DNA from: the human T2T-CHM13v2.0 reference genome, Homo sapiens
Length of the DNA: 64,000 bases
Reading direction: 5' to 3' (one strand)
NCBI RefSeq assembly: GCF_009914755.1
Contig: NC_060927.1
Shown: in pieces, positions 43,582 through 56,500 of the stretch
Layout of the letters: each line of letters opens with the position of its first letter
Numbering within the stretch: the stretch's first letter is position 1
The notes under the pieces: generated by a model
What the model saw: only the letters and a program-made list of their open reading frames with translations
What the model was told of the DNA's origin: nothing
Database searches by the model: none
Translations under genes and position numbers: made by a program

Positions 43582-44037
43582 AAAGAAAATTTACTTTTGG
43601 TTAAGTGAGCAACAAGGTCAAGTCGTTTGAGATTCTACATGAATCAGAAGCTACTGGGGTTTGTAGTATGATTATCTGAATTTGTGTCTTGGCTCTACCA
43701 CTGCTCTGCTGGTCTTAGTTAGACAAGTCACTTCCTTCCTTTGAGTTTCTGTTTCTGTTGTGGCTAAAATTGTGATAAAAACCATGGCCCTCACAGTTCT
43801 GTGTGAGCTGTGGACTGCAAGTGAGAGATGTATGAGACTGCTTTGTAAACCGTAGAGTACCACATCAATGTCAGTGTCACCACTGCTGGGCCTACAATGA
43901 CAGCTGTTTTTATGAGCCCATTCTTGCTAGTGTTATTGCTGAATTTGGGGCAGAAGCATATGAATTCACTGTTGAAAAAAGTAATGAACTAAAATACATT
44001 TTCTCTTTTTTCTCCCTCTACCCCATCTCTATTATAG

Positions 44038-44186
44038 CAATTGAAACACAGAGCACCAGCTCTGAGGAACTCGTCCCAAGCCCCCCATCTCCACTTCCTC
44101 CCCCTCGAGTGTACAAACCCTGCTTCGTCTGCCAGGACAAATCATCAGGGTACCACTATGGGGTCAGCGCCTGTGAGGGATGTAAG
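44038..44186 (+). CDS. RARB: RARB common exon: region B and first C4 zinc finger of the DNA-binding domain (aa 53-102 of RARbeta2)
   Basis: Polypyrimidine tract + TAG|CAATTG; (S)[49 protein letters not shown] with P-box CEGCK; donor AAG|GTGAGT; 149 nt, in phase with exon 1. Confidence 0.98.
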
Positions 44187-44457
44187 GTGAGTATTCACAC
44201 TTCTGTGCCTGATGAACTCTCATTCTCCATGTACTTTATGGAGGTGACCTACCCAGTTCCAAAAATGGGCTGGATGTGTAACATCACCTCCCATAAGTGT
44301 GGTGAATTCAGTTATATTCAGTGGTTTTTATTACTTCCTTATATATCTTTGGTTTAAAATTCAGAAACTTCTGCAAATGACTGATGAGGGTCAAAGGTTC
44401 TAAGGCCCTTAAATTACCCCCACATAATAATTCCTTTTAGATAATAAGAACTGGCTA

Positions 44458-44760
44458 GGCCAGGTGTGATGGCTCACGCCTGTAATCCCAGCACTTTGGG
44501 AGGCCAAGGTGCGCAATCACTTGAGGTTAGGAGTTTGAGGCCCGCCTGACCAACATGGCAAAACCTCATCTCTACTAAAAATACAAAAATTAGCCAGGCG
44601 TGAGTGGCTGGTACATCTAGTCCCAGCTACTCAGGAGGCTGAGACACGAGAATCACTTGAAACTGGGAAGCAGCGGTTGCAGCCAGCCAAGATCACACCA
44701 CTGCACTCCAACCTGGACAACAGCGAGACTTTGTCTCAAAAACCAAACAAACAAAAAACA
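44458..44760 (+). mobile_element. Alu (AluS-type)
   Basis: Full Alu; TSD AAGAACTGG. Confidence 0.95.
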
Positions 44761-45409
44761 AAGAACTGGTTGGAAGAATCTTGAAAAGCATCGTTCTTTT
44801 TCTCTTTAGAACATGCCGTCTGGTGTCTGTAGTTTTATCTTATTTTTGAATATGACTGACAGTCCACTGAATCAACTTGCAGGGAATTCAAGGTTGAAAC
44901 TGGGATTTGTCTGCTGGCTGTTTTCCTCAGCTCTGTGGCCTTTGAATTACAGTTTGATTTTCAGCCTGTAGGGACTTGCTACTGTATGTGTGTCATAAAT
45001 TCAGGGGAGCTGGATTTAAAATTCCTGCCTACGGAATACTGGAGGCTGAACATGTGTCAGAGAGTAGTATATGGCTGCTTTGAATCAAGCAAGACAATTG
45101 TTTTCAAGTCCAACAGTCTTAATTGAGTGAAAGAGCTTCTTCTTTTTTTTCAGGAAAGAAAAGAAACATGACTTCAAAGGCAAATACAACTAACTCATCC
45201 ATAAAAAATTTCTCAAAGGAACTATGGCTGTTTTGAACTAGCCCTTCCCTAGATATATAACTTCTTTAAGTCCTCTCTGGATGGTTGTTTACATCTGTTG
45301 TTTATACATCTAAATTGCATGATTCATTTGTAATTGTTAACATGTTGGAATAATGTTACAGGTACTCCATGGCATTTTATATTTGGCTTAGCAGAGTTAG
45401 CACTTAACT

Positions 45410-46115
45410 GTATATATTGGTCAGGCACTGTTGTATAACAAACCATCCTAAAACTAAATGGCTTAAGACAACAATTCTTTATTTAGCCTGCAATTCTGTG
45501 GGTCAGCAGTTTCAGCCAAACTCATCTGCATGGTTCACCTGGACTTGGCTAGGCTCCACCATGTATCTCTGGGCAGTTGTAGGTTAGCTAGTTGGCTCTG
45601 CTTCTAGGGGTGCTGACTGTGGGCTGGGGAGACTCAGCTCTCCTCCATGTGATCCCTCATTCCCATCAGGCTGGCCCTGGCTTGTTCGCAGAGGCAGGGT
45701 TCCAGAAGACAGAACAAAAGCACATAAGGTCTCCAGAGGCTTAGGCTAAGAAGCATCTCATTACTACTTCTGCCACACTATTGGCCAAAGCAAGTTATAA
45801 GGTCAGCCTAGACTCAGTAGGTAGGAACATCAACTCAACTTTTGTTCTTCTTTTAAATAAAATAAAACGAATCTGTCAACTTGAAAAAGCTTTTTTGTAG
45901 AGATGGGGGTCTCACGTATGTTGCCCAGGCTGACCTCGAATTCCTGGGCTCAAGTGATCCTCCCACCTTGGCCTCCCAAAGTGCTGGGAATACAGGTGTG
46001 AGCCACCACGCCCAGCCCCACTCAATTTCTTAATGGGCAGAGCTTCAAAGTAATAAGTGATATAGATATGGAGGGGCCGGGGGAATGGGTGTCATTTTTG
46101 TAATTAGACCACTGT
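45410..46115. mobile_element. MLT1-family LTR containing a FLAM/Alu left monomer (about 45885-46017, minus)
   Basis: GTATAACAAACCATCCTAAAACT...TTGGCCAAAGCAAGTTATAAGG; monomer TTTTGTAGAGATGGGGGTCTCAC...GAGCCACCACGCCCAGCC. Confidence 0.7.
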
Positions 46116-46227
46116 ACTGCATGTCTGATTGCCTATGAACACAAAGTGGTTGGGGACCCTAGCTCCACTGCCCAGCATGTCATACATAGTCTGGCATATA
46201 GTGGGTGCTTAAAGATTGAACAAATTT

Positions 46228-46545
<318 letters not shown>

Positions 46546-47519
46546 TCAGCCCCTCAAAGTAATTTTGTGAGTTTTTCCCTTCTTTTCAAACCATTTAAAT
46601 AAACATATGTATTATGGTTTATGAATATAATAAGGCCAGTTTTGGGAAATTCATTAAAGGCTTAGGAACATCTCTCTGCCTCTGGAATTGTGCTATTTTA
46701 TGGCAATTCTCTTTTCTCCAGTAGATTCTGACATGGTAGTCAGGAAAGTTATATGGGCAACCAGTTGGCAGCTGACTAAAAAGGAAGACATTTGTTCATT
46801 CAATTATTGCTTTATTATTAGTAACCCCTAGCTGAACCTACTTAAATTTATCCTGAGATTTGGAAAGGTTTCAGTGGAATAGCTAGTTCATTTTGTCCAC
46901 TTGTTGTGCAATATATAAATAAATGATTTTCTAATGTTTATTTGAAAAGTAAATGAAAAGATACTTCTTTATTTCTGAAAAATGTTAAGTCATCTCATGT
47001 CCAGAAATCTGAGTGAGGTATGCTGTAACTCAGCGTACCTGCTCTCATCATTATCCAACGTGTCTCTGTGGCACATACTAGGAGCTGCATATGAAGCTGT
47101 TTCATGATCTGTATAGCACAAACTGCTTTAATCAGCTCATAGTCAGTGAGTTCTCTGAGCTTAGTTTGGGATTCTGACTCTTTTTTAGGAAAAACCCCAA
47201 TAAAAACAAAACCCATACCGGCACAAACAACTTTGATAAGCTCAGTTAAGTGATACAGAGTCATATTATGGTGTATCTTTTTAACAGAGCTATAAACCCA
47301 ATAAGGTCAGGTGAGTTCGGCAGCCAGTTGAATTTGATAATATTTTTATATTGTGGGTGGATTGCTCTTCTCCCTGGTCATTGGGAAAGACTTGGTCTAC
47401 ATTTAAGCTTGCTGGGAAAATACAGTGACAAAATTCACAGAACTGAGAAACATGAGGAGGTAATGGTAAAATACAACAGCCAAAGAAAAAGAAATATAAC
47501 TTTAAAAAAATTAAATATA

Positions 47520-48020
47520 ATTTTATTGTCATTTAAAAAAATTATCAATACAGTATAGAATTTATTGTATAAAAATAGAAAATTAAAACAACCATGATTC
47601 TACCCTGGGAGGGAACCCCTGTAAAACTCAGCTTTTCTGTAAGTATATGCATATTGTTATTGTTTCAGAAAAATGGAATTTTGTGTTGTATACTGGTTTT
47701 AACTTAATCTTTAATAATATTTTATGACCCAAATTTAAGCAACTGCATAGCTTTTATGGTTATACAATTAATATAGTAGTTTACGGTTATGTCATAATTT
47801 ATTTAACTGATTAAGGTGCTTACAGTTTTTTTCGATTATAAATAACACTTTAAATTATGGCCTTTAAGTATATCTCTGAAAATTTCCTTAGGATAAAATT
47901 TTCCTTAGGATAAATCAGTATAAGTGGAATTTTTAGATCACTGGCTTTGTATATTTTTAAGGCTTTCGAATCAGATTGCCAGAATACCCCGTAGAAAAGA
48001 TTATTGTCTAGTAGTCTGTA
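47520..48020 (-). mobile_element. Old L1M fragment
   Basis: TTTCCTTAGGATAAAT...AAGTGGAATT...GATTGCC typical of antisense L1M 3' regions. Confidence 0.55.
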
Positions 48021-48809
48021 AAAAGTAAATCCTTTCGGAAAGTATCTATTATCTCCCTTGTGATATAATAAGGTAATGAATCCAGAAGCAACTTTTCTTC
48101 TTGAATTCTGCCTGTATTTAATTTGATATTTACTATGGGCCCTGTGTGTGGTATCATTTTAGGATACCAGCAGATGCACCATAGGCCCCTTGTTGACCGG
48201 TAGAAACTGGCCCAACCATTGGCTGGAAATCAAAGTTTACTACTGTAAGCTGAGAACCTCTGCTCTAAAGTAGGACTCCCAAACAGAGCCTGGTATATCT
48301 TCAAGAAGTAATGCCTACGGTGGCTTCTGCCTGTCATAACCAGGATGACCTAATTGACTATTATTTGGGGAAGAGAACTTTCCGTCCTCCTAGGGACTGG
48401 GTGACAGTCTCAGCCTCTGCTGCAGCCATACGATGGTGGTCAGAATTTAACAAATGGGTGTGGTCCATCTCTGGGAATGAATGGTCAGCGGCTGCTGTAT
48501 TGACACAGCATTACCATGGCAGTATAACCACTAGACACACTGTAGGGATGCCCTGTTTAGGGGGTTTCCAGGTGAGCGATGGCAGTTTTTGTGTAGGGGA
48601 CAAAGAGTACACAAAAGGAATGTGCAGTGTGGTTAGCCAAGAATGTTTAACAGTATAAAATAATAAAGCAATATTAAAAAAATAATAGGACAAAATAAAA
48701 TAATGTCTTTGGAAAACAGTCTTATTGCTCATAGCTAAAATTTAATGCAAAATTTTGGCCTTAATCATATTTTACATTTCAACTTTTGTAGCTTTTGAGG
48801 AATGTGAAG

Positions 48810-49340
<531 letters not shown>

Positions 49341-49537
49341 TATCGTTTGTTTTATCATTAAGTTATTATAATGACTTTTGCACACAGTGATGTAACATCA
49401 ATTATAATCTTAGTACTCTTCTTGTAGTGTTCTTTCTGCAGTTCTCCATTCTTTTCTATCAAAATAACACTGCCTCTTTCCTTCAAGGCTCACATTAAGA
49501 CCCTACTACTCCATGGAGCCTCCCTGGATTACCCTAG

Positions 49538-49735
49538 TACAGAGGTTGCCAAATTGCTTCTGCAAAGAGCCACATAGTAAATATTTTAGGCTTTGAGGGC
49601 TATGTGGTCTTTGCTGCCATTATTCAACTCTGTCACTGTAGCATGAAAGGTGCTGTAGATAATATGTACAAAAATGGGAATGGCTATGTTTCAATAAAAC
49701 TTTGTTTACAAAAGCAGTGGACCAGATTTGGCCCT
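49538..49735 (-). mobile_element. MER58A-like
   Basis: GTAAATATTTTAGGCTTTG...CAATAAAACTTTGTTTACAAAA. Confidence 0.75.
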
Positions 49736-50069
49736 TGATGATGTTATTCTTCTTACAACTTCTAAAACTCAGAAGCTGGTGCCCCAAAGCTCTCATGCCA
49801 AAAGTGGCAAGCCCGCTGGTTTTGCTGGGCTATGGGCCTGGGTCTGCTGCTCCACTTCCACACTGCTAAAAGAAGTTCATGTCCACCTGCCCAGGGCTCT
49901 GTGGCTTAGAAGCTTTAAGCCATGTCTGGTCATTCCTCCACCCTTCCAATCACACTCAAATCCCACTTTCCCATCATCCAAAATCAGAGAAATTAGAAGT
50001 ATCCAGGTAATTGAGCTACGTCCAGAAATACCTGACGTCACACCTTGGAGAGGTTTCTGGAACATAGTC

Positions 50070-50550
50070 TATGCTGTTGTATCAGTTAGCTTCTTCTGCT
50101 TAACAAATAACTCAAATGCTTAATGTCTTAAAACAATAGACATTTATTATTCATTATAATTCTGGATAGGTCTTCTTGTCTTGGCTGACTTGGCTTGGGC
50201 CAGGTGGTCTAGGACGGTCTCACTCACATGTCTGGGGCCTTGGCAGGATGACCAGATCCTCTCCCCCTGTTGTTGCTCACCATTAGCCTAGCCTAGGCTT
50301 CTTCACGTGGTGGATGGGTTCCCATCAGTAAGAGAAGACAATCACCATACAATCATAGCAAGCCAACGCCACTTATCCAGTGAACCAGCTCAAACAAACA
50401 CTTCTCACCCTCTGCTTGTATCACATTTGCTAATATCCCCTTGGCCAAACAAATTGCCTGACTAAGCTTGGATTCTATGGATGAAGAAATAAACTTCACC
50501 TCCTAAGGGGAGAAGTGACAAAGTCACCTTGCAAAAGGGAGAGCCTACCA
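50070..50550. mobile_element. MLT1-family LTR
   Basis: TGTATCAGTTAGC..GCTTAACAAATAACTCAAA...CACATTTGCTAATATCCCCTTGGCCAAA. Confidence 0.6.
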
Positions 50551-53500
50551 GAACTTGCATTTGGTTACATACCGTCTTCTATTATTCCCTAGTTTGATGG
50601 GCAAGTCTCTTCTGACAACCTTATTCACCAATCATTCATCCTTAAGCATATGTTTGTTGAACACCTACTAAGTTTCAGGCCCTATGCCGGGTGCTAGAGA
50701 TACAACAGTGAACATGACAAAGTTCCTCATGGAATTTAGTGTCTCACACAAGGGACAGATGATAATTTAAATTTGGAAAACAATAAACAGAATGGTCTAA
50801 TAAAGAATAATTTAGGGGTATTCTATTTCACAGGGGTCAAGGGGGCCTGATGTGATGGGGGTCAGGTGGGATCTCATGGCTGAGGAGGAACCAGCGGTGT
50901 GAGTCATAGAGAGAAAGCATTTTAGGTCAGAAACCAAACACTTGGATTCTCGGAGCATTTCTACTTCTTCTGGCTATGTCCATTGACTTCTCTGGGCCTT
51001 AGCCTATCTGTAAAATGAAAGCAAATCCACAAGTTTGAACCCAGTACCATGTCAAATACAGACATAAAAGCAGTGAACCTAATAATGGCACTGATTTCTT
51101 GTTAGGGCTGGCTTACGTGGAGTAAGAGGTCTCCAGTGTTTGTACGTCCAAGTGTGGAGTAGAGGGAAGAAGAAAACTACCCTTGTTGGGTGCCTTCTGT
51201 ACACTAGGCATTTGGGCTTTTTTTTTTTTTTTTTTTTTTTTTAAACCCATAGCGCTTTTATTTCTCACAACAGCTCTGCAAGGTAGGCTCCGTGACCCAC
51301 ATTTTATAGATGAGGTAACAGAGGGTCCGAGTAGTTAAGGAACGTGGCCAAGGACACACAGCTAGCCTTTGCTAGAGCTGGGATTCAAATCCTTTTCCTG
51401 TTAAAAAAACACCCCACTGCTTCAGCCACACTTAGACAGAAGGTCTGAAGCAGTGGTGTGTTATGGTCTAGAGTGGGGGTTTCATAGGCCACCAAATTTA
51501 AAACTAACAGATAGGGGCATATTTTTAAAAAACATATTGTCTTGATCATTTCATAAAAGAAATGACATCTCTGCGACAAAAAATTAAAAAAGGAAGCGCT
51601 TACAAGGCAGTCAGTCTTTCCCAAGAAGGGACAGTTAGCAGGCAGAACCCACACATGGGCATGTTCCCAGATGCAGCTTTGTCCTTGCTCTCTACATTTT
51701 GCCTTTGATGGGTGGAAACTTCCTATCCCTAAGCCAACCTTTGGGGGCCACAATCCAGCCTGTCCTGCAGAAGGCCCCAGGGCGAGGCCTGGCACAGCCG
51801 TGATGGCGTGTCTTCTCCACAAGGGCGCAGAGGAAATGCTTGCTGAAGGTCACATTGGTAGCCTTCTATTTAAAGCAGTCTTTTAAGAGTTTAAACTCCA
51901 CTAGCCCCCTCAGTCCCTCAGGGCTAATTTTGTCCATTTTTCTCATCTGCCTTTGTTTTGCTAGCCTCTGAAGAGAGGGAGGCCCTCATCTCCATGACAG
52001 CGTTCGGCTGCTGGGCTGGGTTTTCCTGGCAGACAGCAAGCAGAATGTTCAGTCACAAAAAGTTTTGCAATCAGGAAGATGGATGTCTGCACTTAATTTT
52101 AGAACTTCTATTAAATACTTTAAATGAGCTTAATGATTTTATTTGACCAAGGCCATTTAAAACCACATTGTTGTTTTTAATTGGAGTGGATAAACATGAA
52201 CATGATGCTCTCTTTGGAGAATATTTTTAGCTTTCCTCACTCTGATAGTTGCTTCTGTTTTAGGGGTTTGCTGCAGTATTGATCCCAAAGAACAAAATAA
52301 CATATCCAAAACAATAACAAAAACAGGACACTCTGTGTACCACTCTGTGATAGCTGAATGAATTATGAAACCTGCCATAAACTTCATTACTATATTGGAT
52401 CACACAGAGTAGTTTCCCTCATAGACCCAAAAAGCGTCCCTCTGTTCCCTGTTGCTATAATCTGCCAACCATGGAGGATTTACATGTTTCCTCATTCATT
52501 CATCAGACATTTATTAAGTGCCTTCCATGAGACAGCTCCAGGATATAGAAATGAAAGTTTTGTGTATATTTTTTCCAATGCTGAATCCCATTGCCTAAAA
52601 AATACAGAGAACCAGGCCTGTCCAATAATAGGGATGTAACTGGCTCAAGCCCAGCTGCTGGCTGCTTGGAGGCAGAAAACATGAGAAGCTAGGTGTGGTA
52701 AAAGGATTTAAATTCTGGCTTTTGGGGAATGACCAGGCTCAAGTCTTTGAAAGACCATTCCAAACTTTAGGCTGTGGAGAGGGGCTTAAAAAGGGGAACG
52801 TGGAGGAGGGGTGGGAGCATGTGGGAGTGGTGCTGGGTGCAAGGTCTGCGTGTTCAGTTCCGGAGGCCGTGTTGAGTCACGGTCCACCTGAAGCACAGCG
52901 TGCCATCATTTCAGCAATGCCCGGGTTGTAGACTAACCCTTTTGAGGTAATCTCTGCAATTTCACAGCTGGGTCTCCATACCTGGTTTGTTTAAAAATTA
53001 GCTCCTGGAACTTCTAAGTAAGTGCCTAATTAGATAAGCTAGTAGTTCAAGAGAGTGTCTGGTAGGAAGGGAGGAAAACAAAAAGTTTTTAAGTACGTTT
53101 TAATGCTGAGAGCAAGAAAAGAAAAAAAAAGTTTTAAAATGCAATTTTAAAGCTAAGCTCCTCGATTACAGGTAAATGGTAAATATTCATTGGATGGATG
53201 AATGAATGAGCAAGGAAACAGTGTGGCATGTGCTGTGACAATTGTAGCTAAGGGTTTGATGGGCACAGAGAAGGAGTCTCGGATCCCTCTGACACATTCA
53301 TGGAAGGCTTTTATAGAAGATGTGATTTTATAGATGTGTAAGCATTTTCCAGATGAGGAAGGGGAGAGGAGTGTTCCAGGCAAAAGTTGAAGATGGGGCT
53401 GGAAGGCAAGAGGACTCAGAATAAAATTGCCTATATAGAGTTACATGGAAAAATGGAAATCTATCCATTCTGTTAACATTTATTTTGCATAACCCTATAT

Positions 53501-56500
53501 AAACAACTAGGGATCCATAGGATATTAAAGACACTCAAAAGGACTCAATAAATACCATTTCCTCAGAGAAGCCTTCCTTTGGAACCCCCAGGTTAGGTCC
53601 CCCTCTTTTACATTTGCTGTTGTTCGCCTTTGTAGCACTTAACACAATTGAAATTAAGTCATTATTACCAAGTCATTATTACCAAGTCATTAGTTTAATG
53701 TCAGCTATAAACTCCAGGAGGGCTGGGCAGGTCTCTCTTGTCACAGCCTTATTACTAGGGCTTTGCATAGTGCTAGGGAGGCGGCACATAGTAGGACGTT
53801 AATGTATATATGCTTTTATCATAAGTTATATCTAATTATACAGTAATTAGTGTAGTTATAAATAACGCATAATAAGATATAATTGTATAATAATGCAAAT
53901 AGTATATTACTTTCATACATTTTATCTAATTATATAATGAATTGCATCTAATTACATAGGGCTTGGGATGATACATTCATGTAAACATTCATGGAATTAT
54001 ATATAAACAGGACAAGGTCTTTGGTGACCAAAGTCTAGCTCATTTCTTAGTAATTTCTGCCTTCTACCTCAGTTAACCTTCATTGCAAAACGTATGTCCT
54101 CTCTGATACTATCTTTAGGCAATCTCTTAAGAACTAGTGCCTGGAATGATATACTGACGTGGAAGAGTACTGAGGGCTGTTAGTGCTTTAAGAAAAATCT
54201 CAGCTTAGAGAATCTACCTCCATATCGAGGAACCTCAAGACAGCTGAAATGACAATCTACCTTTTCCTAGTAATAATTCCTACGGAAGGAGAAAACACTT
54301 TTCTTCTTCTAACAAATTGAGAACTGATTTTGGATTGAAAAAGCAGAAAAATCTGTCTTTTTTTTTTTTTCCTTCTGGTGTATGGATAAACAGGAAGTTG
54401 GGGGCGGGGGGAGTGAATTCTGAATTAGCCCGCAACTCTGCGTGTTTTTTTTTTTTTCCTTGAGTTGGCGTGGTAAAAATAGTTTATTTAATTTGGTGGT
54501 TTTAAGAGGCTTATAAATTTTTTAATGGTTAAACGTTCAGGAATGCTTGTGTAGATGCTTACTTCGCTTGTTGTTTGAAAATATCTAGAACACTTTCATT
54601 TGCTGTTTTTGTTATAACAAACTAAAGGTCTGCTATTATTGCAATTATCCTCTTTGTTTCTCCACCTTTTACTAGAAAAGTTAAGAGAGCTTTCCATATT
54701 TCCTTCTCCTGGGTGGATGCCTGTAAAGAGGTGATATGAAATGAAATTGTCTGGAAAGGCTTTCCTTCTTCATCAGCCCCCCTCTACCTTCTCATTGTCA
54801 GGGCAGGGCTCAGAGCCCTTGGTCTTCCCACTCTCTACAGTTGCCTCTCTCCCCACCCGCGTACCTATGTAAAACCATGGAAATAATAAAACTGTCTTAT
54901 ATCTTACATTCCTATAGCCTTAGTGTTTCTAATGCATTTTCATGTATGAAATTAAATTAAGCCAGGCTTAGCTGAAGTAAAAGTAAACCCCCACAAGGTA
55001 CAATGTTTGCTACAGGACTTTTTTCTCACATCAGCTCTTGACTGGCAGCCTTCTCTTCTCCACACAGTGATTAGGACTCCTGCCAGTGCTGCAGCTTGTC
55101 ATCCTCTTAGGTTCTTAGCATCATCTTATTCTAGCTACTGGAATGAAAAGAGAGCGTGGGGGAGGCAGTACACCTGCTTCTTAAAAGCCCCGGCCAAGAA
55201 TGGCATACCTCATTGGCTAGAATGGGACACGTGACCAAAACCAACTGCAAAGTCGACTCAGAGATGTAGTCTAGCCATGTGCTCAGGTACAGACCTACTT
55301 TTAGGGAAAGAAATTATGGATTTGGTGAAGAGCTAAGTTTCTACCATAGGTTTTTTTTATTTGATCCTCATCATATTTAGAGAAGTAGGTGGAATCGATT
55401 GTTTCCCCCTCCATTTCACAGATGAGGAAACTAAGAATTTATGAGAGCAGATTCTACCATCTGTGGTTTTGATTTATAATGTGATTCTGTTACTGAAATG
55501 GTTACTGTGAGAACCTCCTTAAATACATTTCTGTAAGGTTCCCTGAAATTTATCAAACTATCTTTTCAAGGCCTCTGATTCTAAACATCCCCATATTCCT
55601 AGTTCATTCAGCTTTGACATTTTGAGAAACTTGGAAAGCCTTACCCAATAGAGGTAGACCTTTATCAGGGGTTAGATTCCAGTGTCATCACACAAGGCAA
55701 AGATTACACGTAGACAAAATTACCCCAGAAAATCCCTTTGAAAAGCACACTGCTGGAGACTGACATATGTCTCTCATTAGGACCTACAAAGCCAGTTCTT
55801 GCCATAGCTCTGGAAACAGATCACTCCATGGAACACCAGATGAAACAGTTGTTTTCTGTTCTCTTGTTGTATCAAATATGTGTCCTTAAGCACAACAGTC
55901 ATACCAGCACAACGCAATGCTTATGTCCTGAAAACCACGCATCCCTCTCATTGTCTTCTTGTCACTATCTCCTACCATAATAGTTTCTTTGGGATTAGAA
56001 TTTCTCTTGTGCCTTTTAGGAACTATGTCTTTTTGTTGTTGTTGTTGTTATTGAGTATTTTTCCACTTCAGAAAGGAAGATTAAATGTGTCATATGGATA
56101 AGCAACACCAGAAGGGAAAATTTTGTTCTATGGACCCTAGAACTCATCCCTGAAAAAAAAAAAATAGAGGGAAATAAAACTCTGTGTGCATCTCTGCCTG
56201 TACAAAGCTAGCATTGTCTGGGGTGAAGGGGAAAAGCTGGGGTTCTGGCAGGCCGGCCCCATTAGAGCCTTGTTTCTTGTTCCATATTGAAAAGATGACA
56301 TTCCTTTGCTAGCAGCGTCCTGCCTGGATTTCTGGCACCAGTTCTGTGGCTAGCACTATTGCCTGGGGCATTTTTGTTGGGGTTGGTTTTGTTTTATTTC
56401 AAAAGCAGCAAAATGCAGGCTTTATAAATGTTCAAGGTAGAACTGTTTTTATAAAGCTTGTCACCAAACTTGTCAGTACAGTCAAGGTGGCCCGTCTGCC

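Noticed and set aside
44038-44186. Endless rolling-circle ORF in a putative exon circle
   Set aside because: The third frame hits AAT TGA immediately, so translation would stop after at most two rounds
44038-44186. Viral (HBV) sequence, since RARB was discovered at an HBV integration in this region
   Set aside because: Exon and flanks are intact; no viral sequence visible
44109-44357. 82-aa ORF as an independent zinc-finger protein
   Set aside because: It is the RARB exon read from a GTG and running into the intron
47880-47914. Tandem duplication AAATTTCCTTAGGATA
   Set aside because: Slippage inside an old L1 fragment
51815-51830. CTCF-like CCACAAGGGCGC
   Set aside because: Two bases short of the core spacing
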